DNA of 61,873 bases, filler included. It is 12 parts of 12 records of this genome, joined end to end, with 100 filler letters (N's around TTAATTAATTAA, not from the genome) between each part and the next. Parts side by side here need not be neighbours in the genome. Positions count along the whole stretch, not along the records: positions 1 to 8,332 come from SRR15195285_2989; positions 8,433 to 13,680 come from SRR15195285_2991; 10 more parts are not named here. One strand, 5' to 3'. The notes beneath the pieces were generated by a model. That model did not search any database. It saw only the letters and a list, made by a program, of their open reading frames with translations, and had not been told where the DNA came from. Below, one piece after another: positions 1 through 11,400 of this stretch (the stretch's first letter is position 1; each line of letters begins with the position of its first letter). A program made the translations under genes and the position numbers.

Positions 1-657
1 AGGAGGAGGAGGAGGAGTGGCTGCTTCACGAGGAGCAAACGGTCCAAACCCAGCGCGGAGCAGAACTGGTGGCGGCGGCGGTGGTGGCAAACCTGTCAAA
101 AAGCGAAGCTCAAAGAACAAGTCGCCGCCCGCTTTTGGGCCGGTTCCAGACATCTGTTTGCAAGAAAATGTCGGCCGCAGGGTCGCAACTTACTGGGATG
201 TAGACCGGGTGAGTGCAATAAGTTATGTGCGGTGCGCTCAACTGCACCGCTGTAGACTGAAGCGGCACAGTTGAGCGCACCGCACACAGTCGTGAACGAT
301 TCTGGAGGAGTAGGCTGCCTTGCTTTGCATTTAAATGTGTCCTTCTGACTGTGCGCGGTGAGTGTAGGAGTGGTTCAAAGGCGTCATTCGGGCGTGCGAC
401 ACGCAGACGAAGAGTATCACAGTTGAGTACGACGACGGTGAAATCGTGACGTAAGTCAAAACAAATGACTGTCTTCCCCATTTGCGTCCTGGGCTATACG
501 CAGTCTAGTCTGACGAGACACGCTCATGGAAGAGACGAACGCTCGCAAGCTAATGTCTTGCTCCTCACCTGGCGCGTGCAAATTGCCTGGCATTCGCAGA
601 GAGGCCTTAACTGCTAGAGATACAACCTTTGTAAATGACGACCCGCAACCCTATTAG
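1..657 (+). CDS. 3' part of a Tudor-domain protein (PDS5/MSH6-type Tudor), 5'-truncated; exons ~1-208, 368-450, 600-657
   Basis: Splicing at GTGAGT(209)..TAG(367) and GTAAGT(451)..CAG(599) gives VGRRVATYWDVDR-EWFKGVIRACDTQTKSITVEYDDGEIVT-EALTARDTTFV, matching the Tudor pattern VG.RV.VYW..D..W..G.......V.YDDGE; stop TAG at 655-657. Confidence 0.75.
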
Positions 658-1573
658 CAGCATGGTTACACGATAGGCTAGGCAGAAGTCCCAACACCAC
701 GAAGTGATCCAAAACACTTTGGTCATCTTGATCTTACGACCAGAATAACCCTTCGATTCAAAAATCGAATTGCCGCGTTTGGAGAGACAATTTCGATATA
801 CCTGTTCCGTCAAATGAATATGGTCGCCTTTTCACAACCAATTGCAGTTAGAATTCAAATCAGTGAGTGATCAGAATTGATCGATTTCGGAATTCCGAAA
901 TCACCCTGCAGTAACAGAATGCATCATCTGAGGCTCGAGCGACGTGCATTCTGAGACTCGAGAGACGGACCACGCGCGAAGGGATCGCAAGACCAGATCG
1001 CGCGCCGCATGGCGCGCCGCGTGATCAAGCAGTTAATCTGGGCACTCCGAATGATCATCTGCGTTGCAGTTTCGCCAACGTTTGAAAAGCAAAAGGCCTC
1101 TACGTAACGGCTACGTTACATCTAACATGTACGCCACCTCGAAGCCCTCGGCGCCAGCTGTCTAGTATAGCACGACTCGGCCTCGGGGTGCGTCGACTAG
1201 CGGGGCGCTAGCCCTAGGACAAGAAATGCGCACATACAATAATGTCGTCCGAAACAGGTATAACTCCATGTAGATATGAATTCATTGGATCCTCATGAGC
1301 AAAGTGACACGATCGTCAATGATAGTAACTGCAGTACTAGCGCCACTCGTCTTCCTCTTCCTCGGAGCTGTCTCCTTCTTCCTCTGAGCTCTTTGCCTCG
1401 CTAGTGTCATCTTTGCTCTCGGTATCCTCGTCATAATTCTCATCATCCTGAGGCACCACGCGGACTCCCGGGAGAAAGAGATGTTCCGAACCATCTTAGC
1501 GCCCGCGTAGGTGAAAGAACTATTGAAAGACCGAGTCTTTAGACGTGTACTTAGTGCCATTTAGGGAATACAG

Positions 1574-4500
1574 CTACACTTCTGAGAGCAACTCGGCAGC
1601 CCTGCGTTTTTTGTCCTCAATCAGCTGTTTCTTCTTCTCGAGGCGAGCTTGTAGAGCGGCCTTTTTGTCAGCCTGTTGCGCTGCCACCTTTGCTTTGCCT
1701 TCCTCAGTCGCAGCGGAGATGTCATCCACAATCGCGTGTGCGACCTCATTATGGTCTACTTCCATCTCTTCCAATTTTTCTTTCTGTAGTTCTTCGAATT
1801 TTCGTTTCATCTCTGCAATCTTTTGCTCTTGCTCGGCACGCTCTTGCTCTTGGGCGGCTTTCAATCGTGCGAGCTCCTGTTTATGGGCTGCTTGCTGTGC
1901 AGCTAACTCCTTTTTGCCTTTCATGGACGCCAGCATGGCTTTCATACCAGCATCGCGGCTGATGTTTTGCGCCTCAAGGACTGCCACAGCTTGTTCCCCG
2001 CCGCCCGACGATGCCAGCTTATGCTTTTCCTTCTCGCGGACCGCTGCCTTCTTAGCTTCTAGCTTTTTCGTTAGCGCATCTCGCTTGGCAGAGCGCTTTG
2101 CATCTAGATCTGCGCGCGCTTTCTTAGTCTCCTCTTGATACTCTGCAGCGAGCGCGACCTTCTGAGCGTTGTCGGCCGCCGCGGCCTTGGCCACGAGCTC
2201 TGCTTTTTCCTTCGCGAGCAACTCGGCCTCCTCTGCATCTGCCTCAGCTTCGAGCTTCAGCACTTCTGCCGCTTCTTGTTCGTCGATTTGTGCTCGCTCC
2301 GCAGCAATTTCCTCAATGACGGCGACGTCGACTCCAGTGTCGGCTAACTCCTGCTTCTGCTGCGCGGCTGCTCGTGCGCGTCGCTCTGCGAGTTTCTGCT
2401 GGGCGGCGGCGCGGCTTGCCTGACGCTTGGCCATCACAGAATCAATATCTTTTTTGTAGGCATCGACGAGATTGGGCGAGTCTGCGGACGCTTCCGATGC
2501 AGCTGCCTGGTCTAGAATTGTCGCTACCTGTGTCGCTGCCTCCGGAGCGACTTCTGCAACCTTGGCTTTCTGTTGCGCAAGCATCGATGCCCTTTTTTGC
2601 TCGAGTTTGGCCCGAAGCGCGTCGTTCTGAGCTTTGCGCTTCGCTTCCAGCGCGGTCTTCGCTTCCAGCTGCTCTGCCTCGTATGCTGCTTTGAGATTCG
2701 ACTTGGCCTCATCAGTATCAGCGGTGGCAACCGCGACGTCGAACTCAGCCTTCTTGGCTGATAACAGTTCCGTCTCCTCTGCATCTATCGTTGCTTCAAC
2801 TTCTAGCTGCTCGGCAGCATGAACAGCTTGTGTTGCCTCAGCCTGTTCTGCAAACTCATCGGCGAGCACTGGATCAACACCAGCATCAGTGAGCGCCTTC
2901 TTCCGTTTGGCTGCTGCGGCGGCACGGCGATCTTCGAGTTTTTTGCTGGCGGAGGCACGTGACGCTTGTCGTGTTGCCATGACGCTGCCAACATCACGCT
3001 TGTATGCGGCGATGAGCGATTCTTGGTCAACCGGTTCTTGTACAGGGGCAGCGCTAGAACCAACCAGGGCGTCAAGGTCTGTTTGCTCGGGTCGACCACC
3101 GACGATACCGACAACGGGGGCAGAAATCAGGGCCTCAAGCTCATCCTCAGCGTCGGGTGCAGAGGTGTCGTCAACAACAACAATCTCCTTCAAAATCTCG
3201 GCCTGCATCTCGACCGCCTTGACTTCTGCTTCCTGCTTGGCCTTGAACTTGAGTTGGGACTTTGCAATATGGTCAGCCAACATTTTCTGTAAGACCTCGC
3301 CTTCGAGATCCTCTGCGTCACCTTCAGTCTCAAATGAGCTGATGATGTTGCCATGCTCATCCATGATGACCACCTTGCTCGAGCGCCTGGAGAAGAAGAT
3401 AATACCACAACCACATGCGGCGATGCAAACCACGACAAGCACTATGATAGCAACGACTGCTATTGCGGCTAGCTCTTCATCACTTATCGCATTTGAGTCG
3501 GAGGTTGAATTTGTTGGGCGCCGGACATCGGTTTGAAACGCGACATCTTTTTCTGCAGGTACAGTGATGGTTGCGTCGCGTGCCCAATTAGGGACTGTCA
3601 TGCCACCGTATATACCATCAGCCAGCTCATCTCGAAGGGCAGCCTGTAGAGACGCTTGTGCGCTGGAGCCAATGTATGCATTCTGAAAGTGTGTCTGGAG
3701 AGCCTGGTAGGACGTGTCGGAGCCATCATCTACAGCGTTCTCAAATTCTTGCTCCGTGACGGTCATTCGTAAAACAAAAGTGGTGGTAATCGTTGGGTTA
3801 GCCACAGACACCTGATTGTTGCATGTACCTGGGAAGGTACTCATCAAGCATGCTGGCAGCACGTCTGGAGAAAGTCTGATATGGGCAGCCCGTGCAATGG
3901 CGTCAGCAAAGTCGGCTGCACCGTTGCCAGGAGCAAACATCGAGGCTGCCGCGTCCTTTGTCGCCACAATTGTGTAGCCAATTCTGATTCCTTGCCCTGA
4001 TGTGCGCTGCTGCAAACGGCGGCCATATGCAGACTGGCAGCCTCCTGCACTCGACAGGTCACAGGGCTGGTTGAGCGTAATGCCACGCGTATTTGGCAGC
4101 CCGAGCCACAACTTGAACCCGTGCTTCAGCTGTGATGCAGCAGCTGGGTTGCTGGAGAAGACAAAGGTATTGACTTGTGGGTGAGTGATGTCCACGGTAC
4201 CAACGATAGTCTGCTCGACACTGATAACTTCGATGTCGTCGGCACTCATCCAGTCGACGTTGCCAGTCAGTACCGACAAAAGAATTTGCTCTGTAACTGC
4301 ACCAACAATTGTGAAGGCCATGTCAACGGACAGGCGGACTTCGCAATCTCCGAAGTCCTGCTGAAATTGTCCACAGTCGAGTTCCGTGTCGCAGATGCCA
4401 TCACCTAGTCTAGCAACATAGGTCGGACCACCCAAACAGTTGGAAGAAATCACACCTTCAGCGTTGACTGGACTAGTTGTTGGGCAAGTGTGCTCGTTGC

Positions 4501-7500
4501 CTTGTTCATCTGCCTTGAAGCAGCAAAGCAAGTAGTTCGCCAATTTTACGACTTCTGCTGGTGGGAGGATGCCATCCACGTGCGCACAGTCCTCTGCCCA
4601 TGGAATCAGCCGCTCTGCGCAGCTACTTCCGCAAGTATCGATGTTGGCCATTCCAAAATCACAGAACTCGTCGGTATTGGCCCCCGGGGTCCCAGGTACG
4701 CCAACCACTTCAGTGATGAACCGTTCACTGCAGGCCAAGTTCTCAGCGGTGACGAACATTGGCTGCTCGCCGAAAGCATACAAAGGATGCTCAGAATTCT
4801 CATCATTTATGGCCGAGTCCAGGCCGAAATCACGCTGCAATATGGCGACCAAGACATCATCGCAGTCGGTTTCGTCCTCGCCTAATGAACAGTCCGATTC
4901 GCCATCGCAACGCCACTCATATGGGATTTCCATGTGATTACGGCAGGTACAGTGGTTGTCTGTGCCACCAGACATTTGGGCAGCGGTTGGGCAGCTCATC
5001 GCATCATTGAAGTCTAGTGCTTCGTAGGCTCGGCGGCAGGACACCAGGTCACCGTTGTCGTCAGGAACCATAGCGCGGGCGTTGAATCCTTCATCCTCAC
5101 AGAAATGAGGGCAGTCGCAGAAACCATCGCACTGCTGCCACGCTGGAACACTAGCGATGCGTACTCCTGTGGCATTCTCGCACCTGATCGCCTCGGGTGC
5201 GAGGGCGACCTCGCACATGTCAGCAAAACCATCCCAAACCCACATTGGAAACGCAGGATGAGTGTTGTCGTGGCCGCATGCTGCCAGCGACAACCAAGGC
5301 GTTAATCTATGCAAGGAAAAAAACTGATGCAAAACGTCTCATGCCAACCGTACCGGCATACCAGTCCAAGAAAATGCGTGCACATTGCTCAGAACAGTGG
5401 CGCGGGAGGCGCATGGTGGCGTCTATTCCGTTAGTGGCATCGTTGTCTCCACCTGCAACAACAACGGCCCAGATCTGGGTCAGCTGATGTAGATCACTCC
5501 AGGGCATACATACCAGAGAAGTTACGAAGCGAGATGAGTTCTTTTGTATGCGGGGTGCGCAGCGCTAACACGAACCTGGAAAGCATGCCTCCAGCATTCT
5601 GTTCATCGGCGTGTCATCTTGATCGTCAGGGTCGCCGTTTGCAACCGCTGCGCTTTCAGTGCAGATAGACCGCTGAGTTAGGCAGTCTTGATCGTTGCCA
5701 GGCGACTCATCGGGTTCTCCATCGGCGTCCCAGTCAGTTGTTACTGGATTTCCAGCTGCACCTGCCACGTCCTCATCGTCAAACCTGCATTCCGGGGTGT
5801 TGAAGATGTCGTCGCAGTATCCATCTGAGAACCAGGAGCGCAGGAAGCTAGGATCTTCGCCATAATACCTTACAGCGTCTACGGACTCTAGGCAGTCGCA
5901 GAACCAGCCCGTATAGACTGCACGGTCGCCAACAAATGAGCGGCAATTGTTTGTGTTGGTTGGGTCGGTGACAGTGGCTTCCCACCAGCACCCACCGTAT
6001 CCTTGCATGTTGTTGCAATCGGCCTCGTTGTCGTTCTCTTTGCACTTTTCTGACCCCCACCGGGCCCTTTCGTTACCTTCCTGTGCGCGGGTGCGGCACT
6101 CTTCATAGAAGTCGTACTCTTCGCATGCATCGCCTCCCCAGCCATCGTTGCAGCTGCAGGTGTACTCGGCAACATCATCGACGCAATCATCAGACCCACC
6201 CGGGTTGCAGGGGCTGGAGTCACATTCATCAACCTCCTCGAGCAGGCCGTAATCTGTGCCCCAGTCGCCACTCTCCCAATCCCCACTTCCGCATTGGTTG
6301 CCACCGGTTGCCTCCATCCACGCAGCGCAGACCCGCAGGTTGACCTTCTGGCCCGGCGGGCCCGTCATCCTCCACATACATTCCCACGGAGCATCGCACG
6401 AACGGCGTGCCGGTTGCGGAGGATCGCTATCATCGACCTGCATATGTGGCGGAGTCTGACGCGTCATTACACCTTCAAAATTATTTCCGATCGTGAAATC
6501 TGCGTCCTCGAGGCTGTTGTGAAGCACCCACACACCACTCACACTGTTGAAAAAAATCGACAGGACGCCACTTGGGCACTGCTCGCCCTCTTTGCCCGGG
6601 TCCTCGTCGGAGGTCCCATCGCCTCGGCCAATCAAGCAGGCTCGCCACACTGGCCGGTCGTTGAACCACTTGCAGCTGAAGTAGAACTCATGCCCAGTCG
6701 GGACGTCGCGTCCTTGGGTATCCGTTGGGTTGGAGACACGCGGTAAGTCTTTCACGAACAGGGAACCTTCAAACGTCCGGTCGGGTTCATCTGGGCAGTA
6801 TCCATCGTCTGCAGATGCGTCGTCGGAGTAATCCATACTCCAGATGTTTTCCGCGTTACATTCGGCGTCACCTAGCGAGGACCAGCACTGTCCTCCAGTC
6901 GCTCGGTCTCTCGTCCAGTGGCAGCATGGCTCCGCATTGCACGCGTCTTCGTCAGTGACGTCGAACCAGGCCGGGTTACGGCTTGCCGAAGGCTCGCACC
7001 ATGTCTCAGAGTTCTGCGTGTACTCAGGGCATATGGCGTCACGCTCCGCGCTGGAGTCCGCTTGAACGCTGTATTCGATGCAGACGTAGCAGGAGTCCAC
7101 GTGGCCAAACTCGTCCACGTAGTCCGCGTAGCAGTCAGAGTAGAAGCTCCCTCCGGCGGCACTGTTGGCCTGGGCGCGGACAGTCCCTGGCTCGGACCCG
7201 TACGCAGCGAACGTCGTGCTCGAGTCAGAGTCGTAGCAGCACGAGCAGTATTCCGCGACGTCGTGGTACTGCGCGTCCACTGTGTAGCCGACGAGGTCCC
7301 GGATCGAAGTCCAACACTCGTCGTTGTCTCGGAGGTCGGCGCACGAGCGCATTCCGCGATGGGCTGTTTCTGCGGCAAATTCCCAGTCTGTGGTGGGACA
7401 GCCACCCCGCCCGGCCACACCGATGGAGAACCCGGACGTGGAACCGGTGGATGCGCTGCCGCCTCCACTACCACTACTACCTCCACCAGAGCTGCAGCCC

Positions 7501-8091
7501 GCTGGGTCGGCGGAGCATTGCAGAAGGAACGGCCTGGAGCAGCAGTCTCCTGCTGTGTTGCCGTCAACCGGGAGTGCGTCACACACCTCGGATGTAATGT
7601 AGTCACACGTATAACTGGGCAGTCAACGCAGATATGCGGCACGTGTGAGCAAGCGCGGCGCCTCTGGTGCTGGCTGGGGGTGGACGTGCATATGGCGGGG
7701 CTGCGGCGAGGCTTCCCATGGAATTGTGTGCCGAGATACCGAGGAATGGCACAGCACGAGACAGGCATAGCACATGGCAAGGCCTCTCTGTCTCTCTCTC
7801 CCTCCCCCTCCCTCCCCCTCTTCTCTAAGCGGGCACAGACTGGATGGATATAAGAAGGCAGGCAGGCAGGTAGGAAGCAGCCCTTCCAGCCGCCTGGTCG
7901 GGAGGAAAGCAGCCTCCCACAGCAGCGGCGTGCGTGGCGGCGCACCATTGCCGGTGGACATCGCAGTACTGGCCGTCCTGGCAGTCACCGTGCGAACCAC
8001 ACGTGCTCTGCGCCCGCACTGCGGTCCGCGGGCCCTGCCAGCCCAATGTGCAGGACATGAGAAGCGGCAGCGCGCAGCGGAAAACCCCCAT
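1574..8091 (-). CDS. Large type-I membrane protein (~2000 aa): signal peptide, Cys-rich ectodomain with EGF, LNR-like and LDL-receptor class A modules, one TM helix, long coiled-coil cytoplasmic tail; exons ~8091-7946, 7614-5576, 5452-5354, 5280-1574
   Basis: ORFs 7825-8091, 5565-7586, 5307-5507 and 1574-5332 join in frame through GT-AG introns. EGF: VDECDSSPCNPGGSDDCVDDVAEYTCSCNDGWGGDACE. LNR-like: WFSDGYCDDIFNTPECRFDDED and RLGDGICDTELDCGQFQQDFGDC. LDLa: IPYEWRCDGESDCSLGEDETDC. TM: LAAIAVVAIIVLVVVCIAACGCGIIFF followed by SRR. Confidence 0.85.
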
Positions 8092-8177
8092 TCTGCGGTA
8101 CAGCGGTCACGTGGCGGCTGGAAAACGCTCAACGCCGCGGTGCAGCTGTAAAACGAATGCCGGAATGGGATACAAAT

Positions 8178-8244
8178 CTCTAGCTAGAGGTACTGTAGAT
8201 CTACATGTAGCTAGATCTAGCTATCGGGATAGTAGCTACTATCC
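8178..8244. repeat. Cluster of overlapping perfect palindromes upstream of the receptor gene start
   Basis: CTCTAGCTAGAG (8178-8189), TGTAGATCTACA (8194-8205), CTACATGTAG (8201-8210), TAGCTAGATCTAGCTA (8208-8223), GGATAGTAGCTACTATCC (8227-8244). Confidence 0.85.
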
Positions 8245-8332
8245 TAGATATGCTACCGAGGTATGTATAATAGTAGCTAGTGGAAATTGCCAGTGACTGT
8301 GGCCGGACTTGTGATTAATGCACATGATTCAC

Positions 8333-8432
8333 NNNNNNNNNNNNNNNNNNNNNNNNNNNNNNNNNNNNNNNNNNNNTTAATTAATTAANNNNNNNNNNNN
8401 NNNNNNNNNNNNNNNNNNNNNNNNNNNNNNNN
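8333..8432. other. Artificial contig spacer 1
   Basis: N44-TTAATTAATTAA-N44; stops in all six frames; the same spacer occurs 11 times. Confidence 0.98.
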
Positions 8433-11400
8433 CTCGGATAAGCTGCTGAACGACGGCGTGTCAGGCGCTGTCGGTCGGGTCGCGACGAGTGCCGTGTGCT
8501 CCTTCGGCCACAGCGTCTGATCCGGACCCCAGACGCCACAGTCGCACATTATCTTGAACTCGTCCTTCGAGCGCTGTGGCGCCAGCAAGTCGTACTTGCT
8601 GATCCAGTCGAGCACCGTTGGCTTCGACCACTTGATCGAGTGCTTCAGCGCCAGCCCTTCGAGCATCCAGATTCGCAGCCGCTGGTCCGCCGGGTGCAGT
8701 TCCGTGTGGCACGGGCGGCCCTTCTCCTTGCAGATCTTGCACGCCCGGGGTCTGAAGCGCCGATGTGGCAGGCTTGCGACAAACGAATCCATATCGATCG
8801 TGTCCTCGGCCTGATCGTCGTCAACGAAGTCGGCAAACCATTCGTCGTACGTCACGATATCGTACTTCGACTGGTCCACGAAGAACGCCTGCTTCTCGAA
8901 CGCATCCTTCAGCATGTCGACCAGCTCCAACATCACTGCATCCTCTTCGTCTCCGAGGGCCATCGCAATGGTGGAGTACTCGAGCTCGTCCACAGGGCAT
9001 CCATCGTCCAGCTCCATCGGCGTGGCACTCTCCTCGTCATCGCCACGCTCAGAGAACAAGAGTGAACTGAGCTCGACGAGTCGCTCCCAGCCACCCACGT
9101 TCGCCCAGTCTTGCGGACACCGCTTTTGCACGCTGTGTCGATCGGTGTGCACGTACCCACCCTCGCAGCACCGCACCCGCGAAAGCCGTGTAGCCTCGTC
9201 CCGTGCCTTCTTTGCCAAGTAGTCGGTGCGGCGTGCCGCGTCTGCCTCGAGACCATCGGCCTGCTTGATGCGGTACTCGTCGTACGTGTCCTCGAGGTCG
9301 TCAACATTGCGCACCCACGTGATATGCGCGCGCAGGAGCCGTGGGCAGTCCAGCATCACTGGAGGCAGATGCGTGTAGCCATAGGCAGCCCCCGAGGGCG
9401 TGTGACTGAACACGCTGATCATGGAGCGTAGCCGCACCATCTCCCGGTAGGTGGAAGTACTCGTGAGCGTGTTGCGGTCGTGCAGAACCTTGAGCAAGGC
9501 GTTTCCTCTCTCGATATCGAACGTGTCGTACAACCACTCCTTGACCTCGTCCTCGCTGGCGCTCAGCTCTGGCTTGCTGTATTGCTCGAATTTTGTCACA
9601 AACGCCTGGAGGCCTTCACGCAGCCGAGCCTTGATAAAATTCGAGGTGCCGACCTGCGTCAACTCATCACGGTAGTGTTTCTTCAAGTCCTCGAACTCCA
9701 GGTCCTCAACATCCTCCCCAAAGTCCAAGCCAGGCATCATCTCGGCATCTTCATCGTCGCTGGAATCACTGGAATCCAAGCCAGGCATCGTCTTGGCATC
9801 TTTGTGGGCGCGTTCTCTTCTGCGCGCTAGCTTTGCACGCATCTTCTTAGTCTTTCGAGCACGCTGTGCTTGCGCGGTTGCGATGTAGTCGCAATAAAGG
9901 GCGTCGATCAAGGCGTCACCGGCCGCCGTCTGCTCGCACATCTTCTTTGCGTCTGCAATCTTGCCCTTGAGCAGCTTCAGGTGTCGCTTAGAATTCTCCG
10001 TACCAGTTCGAATTGCTGCGGAGTGCCCTACCTCGGAGTGAATCCAGTCGCGGAGGACCCGGCAGCACGCGGCGTAGTCCCGCATAAGATCCAGATGCCG
10101 GCGCATGTGCTTTAGGAGCACGTAGGCAGCCGACTCCTTCTGCTCCTCGAGGTCCTTGAAAGTGTCCCAGAATCCGTTGGCACCGAACAGCATATCGAGG
10201 TGATCGAACAAGTAGCATGCAACCGCCAGCCGTTTCCAAAAGCGGCTCCGCAACGCACGCGGAATCTCCTCAGTGTCGGCGTAGTGCTTCACGAGAAACG
10301 CTCGGAACGCGATGTGGTTGCGGAACGTGCGGCTGAAGAATCGGCTGAAAAACTGGATGAGGCCCTCCTTCGTGTCGTACCCACCGATGTGGATGGAGTT
10401 CTCGCCGTCAGGGAGGTTCGGATCGCCGCAGGTGAGATCGAATGTTCGCCACAACGTCGAGCACAGGACATCGCACAAGTTGAGAATGTGGAGGTTGCAA
10501 CCGATGAGCTGAAACGGTGTGGCTGGCACTCCCCGCCGTGCCAAGCGATAGCGTTGCCGTAGTTGCAGCTCCCGCCGCTTGAAGTTCGTTCCCCGCTTGG
10601 CTAATCCCGAATGGTGACCGCTGTTTGTGTTTTCGTTGTCGCCCAGGAGCTTCTCGAGCTCCGAGAACCACGATTGATAGGGCAGCGGTATTCCAATGCG
10701 GTGCTGAACCGCCCGCACTATTTCCCAGAACTCCAAGTGCTGAGTCAGATCGCCCACCGCGCCGTGGCTCTGAACGTTCCGGCTCAGCCAAGCAAATGCT
10801 GACCGGCGCACGAACTGCAGCCGCTCCGGCTCGCCACTCCCCTCATCATCAGCCATGGAGAACAGGAAGATGTTCATGAAGGATGCATTGTCGTAGAAGC
10901 CAACGGCATCGCCACCAATCATATCTGGCTCCCCAATGATCTCAGGAATCGGGTCAGTGTGGTCCTGCCGATCTCGTTCTTCTTGAACGGCGCGGTCCTC
11001 AAACGCCGCCTCACTGAGCGTGTCGGCTCTGCCTAGGTAGACAAGCCAATCAGCAACACAATACTGACGGAGCTTATGCTCAGGGTGCCAGATCAAATCT
11101 TCATCATCGTCCTCGTCGTCCTCTACCGAGTCTACGGGGATGCCCACACTCGACTGACCCTCAGGCCGCGTTGGATAGCCTGGCCACCGACTGTCGATAA
11201 TCTCGAGTTCCAGCCGCCCGTCGGTAGCCACCGACCGCACTTGCGAGACGAACCAACCATCGCGGCAGCGGCACTTCTTGGCATCAGCCTCCTCGTCCAC
11301 TGGATTTTCTTTGCAGTGCTTGCACTGCAAACCCCACGGTTCCTTAATCGCTACGACTGCGCCAGTGTCCTCGATCGTATCAGCTGGTCGCCAGTGCAAG

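Noticed and set aside
6872-7948. Long overlapping ORFs (e.g. 358 aa minus and 311 aa plus here, and many similar ones across the window)
   Set aside because: Shadow frames of GC-rich coding DNA with Arg/Ala/Pro-biased translations and no motifs
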